From Callorhinchus milii (Eukaryota): 64,000 nt of DNA. Position numbers and translations under genes: made by a program. Of this stretch, positions 50,901 through 63,843 are shown piece by piece. The stretch covers positions 52,392,001 to 52,456,000 of the forward strand of contig NW_024704743.1 in the NCBI RefSeq assembly GCF_018977255.1, read 5' to 3'. Position 1 is the stretch's first letter, and each line of letters starts with the position of its first letter. Below the pieces are notes generated by a model. That model was not told the origin of the DNA. It did no database searches and saw nothing but the letters and a program-made list of their open reading frames with translations.

Positions 50901-53900
50901 CCGCTTAGGGATCATCCCTCTCCTGGTGAGAGGGATAGGCCAATGTTAGGGCACTACATGTTACTTAACCTGAGTAAATGTCCTTGTCCTTTCCCGTGTG
51001 AACTTACTGCCATTTTTTCTGTATATTTATCATCTCTCAAATAATATCTATATGTTGAGCTTGGGATAGTCTGTTTTTGAAAAAAAAAGTTTATTTTTTT
51101 TTAAATGTATCAGAAGCCAAGGTTGTGAAGATGCTTATTATTTGTTAACTGTACTTGAAGGGAACCAAGCACTTATTCAGTTCCATTGTCGCATTATAAT
51201 CTGTGTTATGGTGACTGTGCATGTTTATAACTTGTAGCTGTAATTGTGGTAGTATGTTTTGTTTTAGTGCTTTTATTCATTTGTTAACGTGTTTATTTTG
51301 TGTATGCTTAATTTTAACTACAAAGCAGCTTTTGGGGGAAAAATGTTTGCAGAAGATAGCGTTTTCCCAACAGTGTTATGATATAACAAATTCTTTTGGT
51401 TGTGGTGCATTTCGTTATACAGTGATGGGCTTTCTGGGATACATTGGTGTATTTAACTTTGTTTTTAAGTACTGAATGAAACACCAGGACTCAAGTTTGC
51501 CTATTTATTCCTTCATCATAACTAAATCATAAGGAAAATTATTTCTGGTATGACTGAAGAATAAAGAACATGTACAAATGTGAGGGAATGCACCATTCTT
51601 CAGGTTAATGTGCGATTATTTTTCTAATTGAAGTTTCTCGGTGCTCCTGGGATTATCTCATTATTCAGTTTGGGGATGGGGTTAATGCCCTTATTGCTAT
51701 TTTTAATATAGCAATAAAGATGGTTTAATTATATTCAGACCTAATTAATCTCTTTTTGATCCATGAATTTTATGGGTTTAGTCAATTTGGTAACAAAACG
51801 TATTACCTAATGTACAGCACACGACTTGAGAGTAATTAAAGAATTTAAGAAAAAGGCAAGGAAGTTAGTCTGACTAGGCTATTAAGTAGACAACCTTAAC
51901 ATACAAAACTAGTCAGTAATTTGAATTAGACAATTTTGTAAGCCAAAGGCACATACAATTTACTTACCTTCAGTATATGAAAATATTCATCTCCATGAGG
52001 TGCTTTGCCTTTTTTGGGGTTTATGGCAGGAGAAAGTTCCTGGAACTATTCTTGTTTATTGCTAACTAAGAATATCATAGAAAATCTTCACATTCCAACT
52101 CAGCTGTGGGCCTCCTATGTTTGGGATTTACCAATAATAATGGAGGCTGTATAAATTAATACTTTTTACATTTTTTAAAAGTTATGTCGTGAGAATAGAA
52201 GAATGAAAACCAGAAACGGAGGGTAAACTGATGGCAACTTAAATTTATCTGAAAATAAGAAATATTTCAACACAAAACTTTTAAGTAAAACACCTTGAGG
52301 ATGAACATTACAGAACAACAAAAAGTGGAAAACTTGCACATTAAAATAAGGAGAAAAGGGGGGAAAGATACACATTCCGCAGAAAATTAGCTGCAATTTC
52401 TGACTTTATATGGTACTGTGGCAGTACTCTGGTCAGTGCTGATGAACACTGGGATCAATGAGCATTAATGTCACCTGCAGAAAAGTTTCAAGTTTAAACC
52501 TTGATTTTTAAAAGCATTTTATGCTCTGCACCACTGAAGTGCTTGTGAGTATCTGGTCCATGACCATACTGGTGACTCCTTTAGCTCAGGGATTACGCTT
52601 TTGCACCAGAGGTGGATGACCTTTTCCTATTTGCCCCTTTCCCCTTCCTGTGGCACCAGCAGGGAAAAATCATTACACCAAGTCTGCATTATATTTGTTA
52701 TATGGGTGCCAACTAAGTTACTGGCTGCCTTTGGAAGCCCTGGTGTTAGATCCTTACTGCTATCACGTGAAGTGAAAAGCTCTACTCTCGAATGTTGTTG
52801 CTGGAAATTAGGCCCAGGTTTGCCTCTCCAGCAATAATGTGTTTCTCCATCAGGTGGCAGAGTGACCATAGGCCCAAATGGAGAAAATTGCTACAGAGCC
52901 TCCTGGTTCCATCATCACCAGCATTTGCTTCAGTAGATTGATAACATTTGGAAGTGGTCTGGGGAGGGGAAAAAGGGGAGAATTTATAAATTCATAAAAG
53001 GTTGTTTCAACATTTATAGTGTTGTGCTGGTTTTGCATTATAGCATGTAAAATTAAAAAGGTGCAAGGTGTCTCCCTAGTTTTATTTTCTTGGGGCTATT
53101 GATATCACATTCATATTTGATTTCTTTATTTCTGGACAGATCCCTCCATTGTCACTTCACATCACAGAGAAAATAGTTTATTATATGTGGAGTGTTATTT
53201 TCATATAATGAACCTCCATAATTAATTGTATGTGCTCTTAAGATATTGCTGCACAGTACTGTGTTTTGGTGCATTTTTATATTGTGGGAAGATGGCACGG
53301 TAATTGTCCCCAAACCTAAAATCTACCAAAGCATTATACAGTGCAGTGATCTATTCGATCCCTGTTATCTGGATAATGATGTGTAGTAATGGGATTCCCA
53401 AGATCACCGAATGGGAGACCTACAGTTCAACATATATGGTCTAAGCAGTCTAACCTCTCATATCTCAGTCAGTTATAAAAGTATAATAACTGAGTTGTGA
53501 GTAAGAGAGTTAACCAAAAGCTGTATTGAACACTGAAGCTTGTAATTTATTACTGAAAGTAACACTGCGTTTTCAATCCTGAGTAATTCCACAAATTTCT
53601 TATTCAAAGTTAATTGGTAAAGAGGTGTGTGTTGGAAATAACACATCTTGACACAAAGCTTGATCTTGCTTTTTTTTGGTGAACTGATGTTGGATGATAT
53701 GAAGCATTAATTGATGATGAACATCCCACAGTGTTGATATAAGCAGCCTAGCCTTTGTAAAATTATCATGGAAAATAATTGACCCAATCTTGGGGGAGAA
53801 AACTGAGAATTATGGATACTGTGATGAAATTTGTGTATACACACTGAACTATACACACTGGAACTACTGCTTGTATAAACAAAATAATATGCAAAATAAT

Positions 53901-54947
53901 TATTTTATGGTTAATAATAAAAAGATAATATATGCATGACAAAACTTCCATATGACGGTGAATCAGATCAAAGGTACTTGGTACTGGAACCTGTCATCAT
54001 AGGGTCTTGAAAATGCAGAGATGTTTTTTTTTACAATCAAGTTTGTAACATTTTGAGGAAGAATACACTCCAGCACAAAATGAGCTTCAATGACAAATAC
54101 GGTGCAATGTGAAAACTTGTGTTGTGGACAATGCTAAGAGAATCAATACATTTTCTGTTCCAGTTTTTATATACATTTCAAAAGGGAATGTTATCTTTTC
54201 TGAGGATTTTTCAGCTTTATTGTATTCCCATCTTACCGGACAGCTATTTGGGTTTATCCCCATTTATAAATTTAATTTAAAGATGACTGGGTTATATATG
54301 ATCTCAACACAGTCTCATTGTGCAGAAAATTAATATTTAAAAAAAAATCCTGTGAAGATTAGATATTACCTGTTAATGTAAAAAAAGTCCTTGCAAGTGC
54401 ATGGAAATAACCTTGCTTGTCCATAACAATGCCATCATTGAGATTTGTAAGTTTTAGGAATATTATCCATTTTGGGAGGGGAAACATATTTGGAAAATAA
54501 CCATTTGTACATGCAAATTTGTAATTACAAATCTTGTGTTTATGCACCAAGTAATTACAGTGCTTTTGAAAATTGCACACAAATTTTAAAATATTACTTT
54601 TATATCAATAACTATTGTCAAACATAGGTCACATCATTGATTTTTTAAATCTTGACATATATCATTTTCTACAAAGAAAATACCTCAGTAGGCAAGCTGT
54701 CCTGTTTTCTTGGTTGTCTTTGAAAGGATCCATGAAATTGTACAGAAGGCTGCTTATTTATTTGTTTACTGCTGCATTTTATATTTTGCTGAAAATTGAC
54801 TTTGTTAAAGCTTCATGATGGAATTGAGAATGGAAATCTGTTGCAGTGTTTGATCATGTTTCTTGAATTTTTCATTGTATATAAAGGGATTACTGCTAAA
54901 ACTTACCTTGGACTTTGTGTTTCACAGTGAAATTTGTGTGAATTCAG

Positions 54948-54953
54948 AATAAA
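54948..54953 (+). promoter_or_regulatory. Candidate distal polyadenylation signal of LPCAT1
   Basis: AATAAA followed by GT-rich sequence (tgtgtgaacgcttgtgtgttg) at the end of a ~4 kb stretch with no recognisable TEs after the stop codon. Confidence 0.5.
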
Positions 54954-55734
54954 CAGATGTAAAACAGCTGTGTGAACGCTTGTGTGTTGCAGTATGTTAC
55001 TTGTCTCTGAAGTAAGAACTTTCAGATGTATTCAAGATTTAGGTTTAAATCCAGCGCAAACAAAATGTTTATTTTTTCCCCCTGTCAATAGAGTATCCTA
55101 AGGGAAATTATTTTGAGTTTTCACATAGTTCTTAGTACACATAAAGTCACCGCATACAATTGACCTTATGCAATTGCCCTTAATTATTACTAAACACCAT
55201 CATTATAACATAAGTAATGCAGGACACTTGCTTACCTAATTGCGGAGAGCATTAGGTATGGGTTGGCAAGATCCAAGGCTTAGTGTGTTCTGAGGTACTG
55301 CTGGAGGTAAAATGGCTTAAAACTGCATAGCTTACCATTGAAAGTACTCTCAGTGTTTGGCCAGCTATGACTACCCTACTTAATAGGGCTTTGGCTTGCA
55401 GGGTTAATAGGAGCTGAAGAGGAAGACTCCCAGTAACTGGTCTTCCCCTCCAACTCCTATTGATGAGCCAGGCTGGCTAGTCTGATCAGTACCCTGGAGT
55501 GCTGTGAGCATACTTCTCAGGAACTGGACTACCAAGACCGCAACAGAGGACTGACTCGATGCCCACATTTCTTTGGCAAGTATATCACCTTGGAGCCAGT
55601 TCAGCTACAAAAAGATGCCACTTAGCTTCTATTCCCCCCCCACCCGAAGGTGGTCACTAGTTGCTCTCGTATGTTAAAGGGATGAGGTGCAAATTTCCTG
55701 CAGCTGAATGTTGATAAAACGGAATCCAAACTCC

Positions 55735-56517
55735 TTGGCTCTGTCAACTACTCTCCTGTGGCTCCCTGAACTCCTCAACCTCCCCAATCTATCCCTAAGA
55801 TTCACTGAACATGTACATAACCAAGTTATCAAGTTCGATCCCCAGCTATATTTGCTATCCCATACATGGTCCTTAACCTAGACCGCTTTCCTCCATTGTC
55901 ACACTGCCCGCCCCTAACCGCACCTCACTCCCATTGCAGCCGAAACACTGGCCCACGACTTAACATCTACCGCCTCAACTATTCAAACGCCCTCCTTGCC
56001 AGTCTCCCGAGCTCCACTATCCATAAAATCCAACTGCTCTAAAACTCCGCCACCATTGTACTCACCCACTCTAAACTCCGCACCCCCATCAAACCTGTCC
56101 TCGCCATGCTTCACTGACTCCCTATCACAGAATGGATCAACTTCGACATCCTCACACTTGCCTACAAATCCCTTCACCCCCTGGCACCTCCCTACCTCTC
56201 TGACCTGCTTATTCCCCACGCCACCACCACCTCCTGTGCTTGGCTGGCTCCAGCCTCCTGCATGTCCCTTTGGCCCCTCCATTCTACCATCAGCGGCTGT
56301 GATTTCAGCCACTGTACCTCGAAACTCTGGAACTCTCCATCAATCCTTCTGCCTTGTCCCATTACCCCATTTTCAGATCACGCCTTAAGACCTTCCTCTT
56401 CAACTGTGCTTACTATCACCTCCCCCCAACTCTGCATCAGGCTCCACACTGTTAAGCACTCCGAGACGTTACCGTGCAAGAAGGGTGCTATATTCTTCAA
56501 ATTGTTGTTTTTGTTGA
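55735..56517 (+). mobile_element. Decayed L2 3' fragment
   Basis: RLNYSNALLASLPSSTIHKIQLL..NSA remnants; tail ttgttg. Confidence 0.8.
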
Positions 56518-56549
56518 GGTATGAAGGCAATTAGATAAGCTATCATTAA

Positions 56550-56815
56550 CGCTCAGTTGGTAGCAACCTCACCTCAGTCAGAAGGTTGTGGGTTCAAGCC
56601 CCAGGTCAGGTCTTGGAAATCAAAGTCTAGGCTGTCATTCCAATGCAAAGCTAAGGAGGCGGGCGGGAGGGTGCATTGTTGGAGGTGCCATCCTTTAGTT
56701 GAGACATTAAAACAAGGTCGCGTTTGCCTGTTTACATGGATGTTAAAGATCCCATCATACTGTTGACAAAGAAGGGAGATTCTTCCCGTGTCGTGGCCAA
56801 CAATCCCCCAAATAA
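56550..56815 (+). mobile_element. Old tRNA-headed DeuSINE
   Basis: gctcagttggtagca...gagtcagaaggttgtgggttcaagcccc-like head; core ggatgttaaagatccca. Confidence 0.75.
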
Positions 56816-58899
56816 AATTGTTCATCCTGTAATATTCATCAAAAGCAAAAAGAATTGATTTCAATCCGAGTTGATGAAATTAATGTAGAAACAGAGAGAG
56901 GATGAAGCATTGTATTAGACATGTCTTCAAATAATTTGCATTAACATCAAAGATGGATTTATAATATTGTGCCATTCGTGTGCCAAATAAATTCAGAATT
57001 AAGTAGGGGCTACAGTGAGGTTGAAAAGCAGTACTGTGGGCTATCGTCAACCTCATTTGCAAATAATCTATCTGGAGTGTGCGTGATTCTTGTTTCCCTG
57101 TTCCCTGGTTAGCTCAAGTCGATCTGTCCTAACTCAACGTGTCCACATCCTCATTGATGCCATCCGCTTCCTCTTACACTTTTGTCTCTCGGCAAGTCCA
57201 ACATTACCCCTATTGCACCTGATTTACAAATAGTGTAACTTTAAGGCACCAGAAGAGACCACTGCCTCTATTACAGTCTTCTGAAATAAAACCTTAAAAT
57301 CCCAGAAATGCTGATCCGATCAACCAATGATGAAAGTAATCTGGTGAAAGTCACTGGTTGCAAAACACTGCTATCAGTGACCAAATATCACCCAACTGTT
57401 GTTGCCTCCGTTTGCCTTTAGATTTCTAAATGATGAAATATATATTCATTTTTAGTTTGGGATTACGATGTAGACTTACATGGTGCTCATGAAAGAAATA
57501 CCTGATTCCAATTTTTATTATAAGGCGTAGCGCCTTTGCAATAATACATGGGCTTTGTCTACAAAATAGCAGTCACCGCATTTAACGGTGAAGCCCTTGG
57601 ATGTTGTCACTCATAACAGGATACTTTTGTTAATATTATCTGCATATTGCATCCTTGTAGCGTTCTTCAGTATATAAGGAAACACTATTTGCCACGCTCA
57701 TTTGAGACTTATGTAGTTATTTTTCAGGAGCTGTTCTGCCAATGACATATGGATTTCGTTGGGAGTCCCCTGTGCATTTATGGCTCTTCAGTAAAAATAA
57801 ATATCGGTATGTTAGAAAAGTGCCCGGGGAATTATTTTTGTTTAAATTACAAAGTTAGAAAATCATTCTAAGTTAGAAAATCAAATAGTGCATCACATAC
57901 TGTTTGCTGGCGGTTCCCCCTGACCAGCTGTGCCAGAGTGCATGATTCCCAAGACCTAAGCGAAGTGCAGATAAATTATTGCAACAACAAAAATGAATGA
58001 GAGGAAATCAAAAGGAAACCTCTTTAATGCAGTTGAACGATCTGCTAAACAAAATCAAATCGTACTGGTTTCAAAATTGGATTACATACAGGTCAAGTAC
58101 AAAATAATCGTAATTTTGAGATAATTTCTACGGTGAATAACGTTCTTTTCTGGACGATTCGTGGTTTCTCAAGATATTCAAATAGTACTGTTAACTGCAG
58201 TACAAAAAAGCTTGAAATGATCTTCAGACACCGTCAATGCAACTGAACAAACAGCTACAAAGTGTACAATGGTTTGCATTTTGGTGTTGATACTTCGTTT
58301 GTTCGGACAAAAAAGGTAATTACAATTTGCAAATAAAAACACAAACTTCCTCAGGTGAGAGTCTGAAACTTTCATTTCAGATTACAACGGTTTGTGTCCC
58401 AGACTATCAAACACTAAGCGTTCGTGCGATTTAAAAACAAATAACTGTTCTTAGAGAAAAAAACCCACAAAATACAGCAGATGCTGGAAATCTGAAAAGG
58501 CTTTTTAGCTGTTTTAAGTTGCTTATTAAATTTCAATTCCGATCCTTTCCAGGGCACACGATGCCTCTGAGCGGTGGTGTTTTTATCTCCTGCAGTTCCA
58601 GAAAATAAGCAAATCCCAGAGGTGCTCTCAGGAGATGCGATCCAACCGCTCTCCATTGGAAATCTGACACTTAGTACAAATCTGGTTTTCGGTAAAATAA
58701 AAATTCTTACCTTATTTGAGGCATCGATTTCTAAAATGAAAATGTTCTCTAAACCCAGCGGTGATAATATAATAACAACAACAACAACAACAACAATAAT
58801 AATGTCTGATCAGAGCCCAATGTACAATCGCTTTGCTTCAGTAATTGTGCTGCTGTAACGTGGACAACGTTTACTGTACGTGTTTGGGGTTAAAAGTAA

Positions 58900-59177
58900 C
58901 TGCCTGAGGGGCGGTGTCACCGAGAGCACAGGTGAGTTTGCTTTGATTTGCTTTTGATTCTGTTTACAATAATCCTCGACTAAGGACTCAGGCGCTGCGT
59001 TTGGGGATCATGAGATGTGCAGCCAATAATAGCACAGACAGCGGCACAGGGCAGCGGGGGACCTGGTCGCCACCTCTGATGGTCCTGGTGGTCCACCCGC
59101 CAGCCCTGACCTGCTGAGAAGGTGGAGAGGAGCTCGTGGGGCTGTTTAAAGCTGCGGCTCTGAGGGTCTGTACCAGT

Positions 59178-59211
<34 letters not shown>

Positions 59212-60010
59212 TGTGTCCTCGCAGATCCCACCGAGAGGTCCCTCCAGTCCCCGCACATCACACCTCTCCCTCTCCCTCTCCCTGATCCTCGCCTCACACA
59301 CTCCCACCCGCAGCCCTCGGGCTGCAGCAAAGAGGTTTCCAGAGGCGTTACCTCCACACTCGCACTGACTGACTGACTGACTCACAGCCACAGGTGAAGC
59401 CCAGACTCCCGGCAACTGGTTTGGAAGCAAATTGTCCCTCAGATTTCGTTGCGGATTCACGGCTTTTGCTGAGGTGAGTGCCTTCCCCTCAGCGCGTTAT
59501 ACATAGGTACATCTGCTTTGTTGTTGTTGTTGTTGTTGTTGTGGTGGTGTGTGGCTCTGATGGAGAGGACACCGCAGTCTCTGCTCTTCAACAGAGAGGT
59601 ATTTACTGTCGGTCCTCGTGTTCGAGGCGCGACGCTCTTGTTCGCATTTCTCACAATCCCTCAAAAAAATTGTAAACTGAGGGGAAAAGGGTTTTTTTTT
59701 TTGTTTGTTTGTTTTTTGGATGGAGGGGGAAAAAAAGACGGTGCTTTGCGTTCTGCTTTTGATCATTTTGAAATGTGCAATAACTAAACCCACGTTTTGT
59801 CGCCTTTCCCCATTCAGAGGGCACATCGCTGTAGTCGCAGCGACGAGAGGCTGAAAGGCGCTCAGACATTGATATGCACCGGAGCCGCTAAATGTTTACC
59901 CATTTCTATTTAATGTGTTGCTTCCAGTTTCCGAACAGAGGACACACTGCCGCTGGACCGACGAAATGTGGTTTTCGTCCGCTTCAAAAGGGACTCCGAT
60001 TCCGTTTAAT
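58900..60010 (+). promoter_or_regulatory. SLC6A3: CpG-rich putative SLC6A3 promoter / non-coding first exon region
   Basis: CpG visibly enriched relative to the rest of the window; GC box ggggcgg (~58908), CCAAT 59023-59027, TTTAAA 59145-59150; consensus donors CAG|GTGAGT (58931/2) and GAG|GTGAGT (59473/4); acceptor tctcag at 60916 upstream of the ATG. Confidence 0.6.
59179..59210 (+). repeat. (TG)n microsatellite in the SLC6A3 5' region
   Basis: About 15 TG units; nearby (ACA)n at 58774-58800 and (TTG)n at 59518-59541. Confidence 0.95.
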
Positions 60011-61005
60011 TTCACCTGATTTAAGGTCACAGTTTTCATGTCACAATTTCCTCACTCCACAGAGTGACTGTGACTCTGCAGAGGATTCCAGTCTTACACC
60101 AGTTTTATACCCTTTGCCAAATCATCGGATGTTTCCTCTCATTGCAGATTTGGTGGGTTTCGATTTGAGAATCGTTTCAAAGACAACACTGGACCTTATT
60201 TTTTTTCCCCTTTGTCTTTAAACGATTCCAAGGTTTTATTTATTTTCCCTCTAAAACTGGTTTCTAACCCTCTTTCTCAACGACAAGTTGTGAAATTTTC
60301 CTTCTGAGCATGTTTCTAAGCATTTTTTTTGTGTGTACATAACCAGTTGTTTCTTTCCCGATAAAGATGTTTCTAACCAGTAAATGCGTTGCTGATATTT
60401 TCCTTTTAAAGACATTTCTAACCATTTTTCGAAACCGATTTAGGGCGCTCTGCATTGACATTATTTGTTTCGAGACAACATGTCACTGTTATGGGCGCCC
60501 AATGTAACCGAATCGTCTATTTCAAAGCTAACTCTACAAATTGTGGTGGTGACTGTATTTCCAAAAAAACATTATTATTGCTTAGAAAGAGAAAACCTAT
60601 TCCTTTGCCAGGATCGTTCGCTGCACAATTAGAAAAAAAAAGATGAGAGCCTGTACGTAGAAACATAAACATGTGCAATAAGTATACCGTGCTAACAGCA
60701 TACATTGTAAAAGAAAATACAAACTTCATACACACCTGTCATTTACAATCCCATTAAATGTTTATCGTATACTATAGTAAATCTTTTCCTTGCAATTAAG
60801 TAATTGTACAGTTTGTTATTATTATGGATTATTAAAATGTGAAAGCCCCACATATATGTGTATGTATATATATATAAAGGTTGTCATTGAATCCCTTGTT
60901 TGCTTGTGTGTCTCAGTTCGGATTGTGCCTCTTGCTGACAGCCCAGTGAGGAGGTGGCTGGAGTGTTGTTGCCCCCCACCCCCCCCCCCATCCCCCCCCA
61001 CCCCC

Positions 61006-61300
61006 ATGATCAAAGCCAAACTATCTGCTTTCATGTCTGCCATTGTGGCTCCAGCCAAAGAGTTCAACACCATGGAGACCAAGACGGTGGAGCTCGTCCT
61101 GGTAAAGGAGCAGAATGGGGTTCAGTTAACCAATTCCAACCTGACCAGCTCCCCACAGCCTTACCAAGAAGGGGACTGTGAGAGCGAGAGCAGGGAGATC
61201 TGGGCCAAGAAGATCGACTTTCTGCTCTCTGTCATTGGCTTTGCCGTGGACCTGGCAAACGTCTGGAGATTCCCATATCTGTGCTACAGGAATGGCGGAG
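61006..61300 (+). CDS. SLC6A3: Sodium-dependent dopamine transporter, first coding exon
   Basis: [19 protein letters not shown]...[15 protein letters not shown]...[38 protein letters not shown]1 Asp of monoamine transporters present; donor gtagga; exon begins at acceptor 60917. Confidence 0.95.
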
Positions 61301-61451
61301 GTAGGAAATGTTCTCCAAGCGTTAGAACTGAAGCAATCTCTACAAATTCCGACTCTGTCTCTCTGTTTTTCTATAAATCACTCTCTGATTCTTTTTTTTC
61401 CACTCTCTCTTTCTCTCTCCCCTCACTTGTAAATTTGCACAAAGAGAAATG

Positions 61452-61890
61452 ATAATAATAATCCTTGCATTTGATATAGCACCTTATCACGTCGTTGAGA
61501 CATCTCAAAGTGCTTCCACAGAATAATAATAATAATCCTTGCATTTCATAAAGTGTTTTTCACGTCTTCTAGACATCTCAAAGCGCTCCACAGAATATGC
61601 CGTAAAGTGAATTGACTGTATATTTGTGGGTTAAACATGGCAGCCAATTGCGCACAGCAGTGTCCCACAGACAGTCGTAGATTGAAATGACCAATTTATT
61701 ATTGTTTTGTTTTGGAGGGTTTATTATTAGGTGTGTGGAGTAAGGAAACTTGCCCAAGGTTTTGCCCTGCCTGGAATCGAACCCAGGTCTCTTGCTGGCA
61801 AAGCGAGTGCTCTGACCACTGAGCTACAGGAGTCCCTAGAATATACTGTAAAGTGAATTGACTGTATATTTTGTGGGCGAAATGCACTCG
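61452..61890 (-). mobile_element. Full-length SINE (61526-61836) nested in an older truncated SINE
   Basis: Two (att)n tails; agaata duplicated at 61520-61525 and 61838-61843. Confidence 0.88.
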
Positions 61891-62135
61891 TTTCCACAAA
61901 TAGAGTTTGTATTCCGAAGAAGTGAATTAATAAACATTAGAACATACTTTAACTGATGTTTGTAAGAACCTATTACACAAGCCACTTTGTCCGATCTAAT
62001 CAAATGTGATTTTTATTGAAAAATAATTGTGGTTAAAACTTGAATCGTGCATGTGTGTGCGTATGGTTGTGGACAGGTTTATGCACAGCCTGAGATTTGT
62101 GGAAATCACCGATATCACTGTGTTTAGCAATCTGA

Positions 62136-62318
<183 letters not shown>

Positions 62319-62669
62319 TAGTTAACCCCTTAACTCTGCAGTATTCCATGGGGGAAGGGTATACTGTATTTGAAAATCAATTGAAAACAGATCTTCACAA
62401 TGCCCCTATTCCCATTAAATCCAATATCCCAGATGGTCTTTCTGATGTCGTTTGAACAATTCTCATGTATTAATAACAGTAATAACAGTTGGCAATTGCA
62501 GAATTCTGAATACTTAAGAATTATCTACAGCAAATGTTCTTGTAGTGCTGCAGCCAGACAGTGTGAATGTAATTGTAACTGTTGTGGGTCTATCACAGGA
62601 ATTTTGAAACACAGTGCACATTTTTTTATTGAATTTGGTGAATCATTAAATCAATTGTCAACGTGTCGC

Positions 62670-62895
62670 AGCTAGTAGCACTCTGACCTCTGAGTCAGAA
62701 GGTTGTGGGTTCAAGCCCCAAGCTGGCACTTGGAACTCACAGTCTCAGATGGAGATGCATTATGTCAGAGAAGATGTCCTTCAGATGAGACATAAAACTA
62801 AGGTCCTGTCTACCTGTTCAGGTGGACCTTTAAGATCCCTGCCACTATTCGAAAAGAAAAGGGAGTTTCTCCCAGTGCCCTGACCAACAATCACC
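62670..62895 (+). mobile_element. Old tRNA-headed DeuSINE
   Basis: gagtcagaaggttgtgggttcaagcccc head; core caggtggac...aagatccc...gggagtttctccc. Confidence 0.75.
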
Positions 62896-63611
62896 ATGGA
62901 TAAAATGATGATTGTGAATTCACTATAATAAGAGGCAGTACCTGTTTAAAACATTCCTACAGGTTTCTCTGCGGATTGACTTTCCTCAGCCATTGTATTC
63001 CTCCGTACATTGTTTCAAATACACTCCAAGTTACACTCAAATGCCTGCTATCACACAGCTTGATGCACTACTTCTGTACTATAAATGCAATAAGGGAGAC
63101 TATATTCATTTACTGCAGTCATGTGACAGTAGGAAATAGTATCCTTAAAGCTATCAGATTGTGAAATGGACGAGTGGATGGAGGAAGGGTGGATGTTAAA
63201 GGGTATAGAGAAAAGATGGGCAAATGGGATTAAAAGATCTCAATGAGCTAAACGGCATCCTCCTGTTTCTATGATGGAATAAACAGCTAATTTTTTTCCA
63301 AACACATTGTTTTAGGCCATTTTGATAAACTTTGGAGCGTGGTGTCCCTTCTATAAAGGGAAAAATATTATATTTAGTTTCTCTCTATATACACACACAC
63401 AGTGGTGTTATACTTGTGCATTGTTTCCTAAGGGACTTATTGATGTTTTTGTCCATTCATTACCCCCTAAATTGGGATCAGCTTCTATCTGTACCTTTTT
63501 CTGTCATTTTAAACTTTAATTGAAAATTGTTCATGTATGATGTTCCAGTGTAAAAATAACAAGACAAAGCTGCACTGTATTTCTTCTATGTTATCTGCTC
63601 TCTTGCTTTAG

Positions 63612-63843
63612 GTGTCGGCTTCACAGTTATCCTTATCTCACTATATGTTGGATTCTACTACAATGTAATTATCGCCTGGGCTCTCTACTATCTGTTCTCA
63701 TCCTTCACCATGGAACTGCCCTGGATCCACTGTAACAACAGTTGGAACAGCCCCAACTGCTCTGACTTCACCAACATGACCAAGCAGAACTCACCCACAA
63801 AATATTACCAGTATAAAAACAATCCTGCAGCTGAATACTATGA
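63612..63843 (+). CDS. SLC6A3: SLC6A3 third coding exon (TM3, EL2); gene continues beyond window
   Basis: ctttag|...|gtaagt, 232 nt; [58 protein letters not shown]...PAAEYYE; EL2 Cys pair and sequons NNS, NCS, NMT. Confidence 0.96.

Noticed and set aside
57852..57885. Short tandem duplication aagttagaaaatca x2 (also accaaattccc repeats at 15061-15102)
   Set aside because: Ordinary slippage duplications with no further structure
59028..59095. REST/NRSE site in the DAT promoter
   Set aside because: Only partial half-sites (agcac, gacagcg) with wrong spacing
60790..61452. 220-aa ORF as a single-exon protein
   Set aside because: Only 61006-61300 is DAT-like; the remainder is intron or 5'UTR read-through across splice sites at 60916 and 61301
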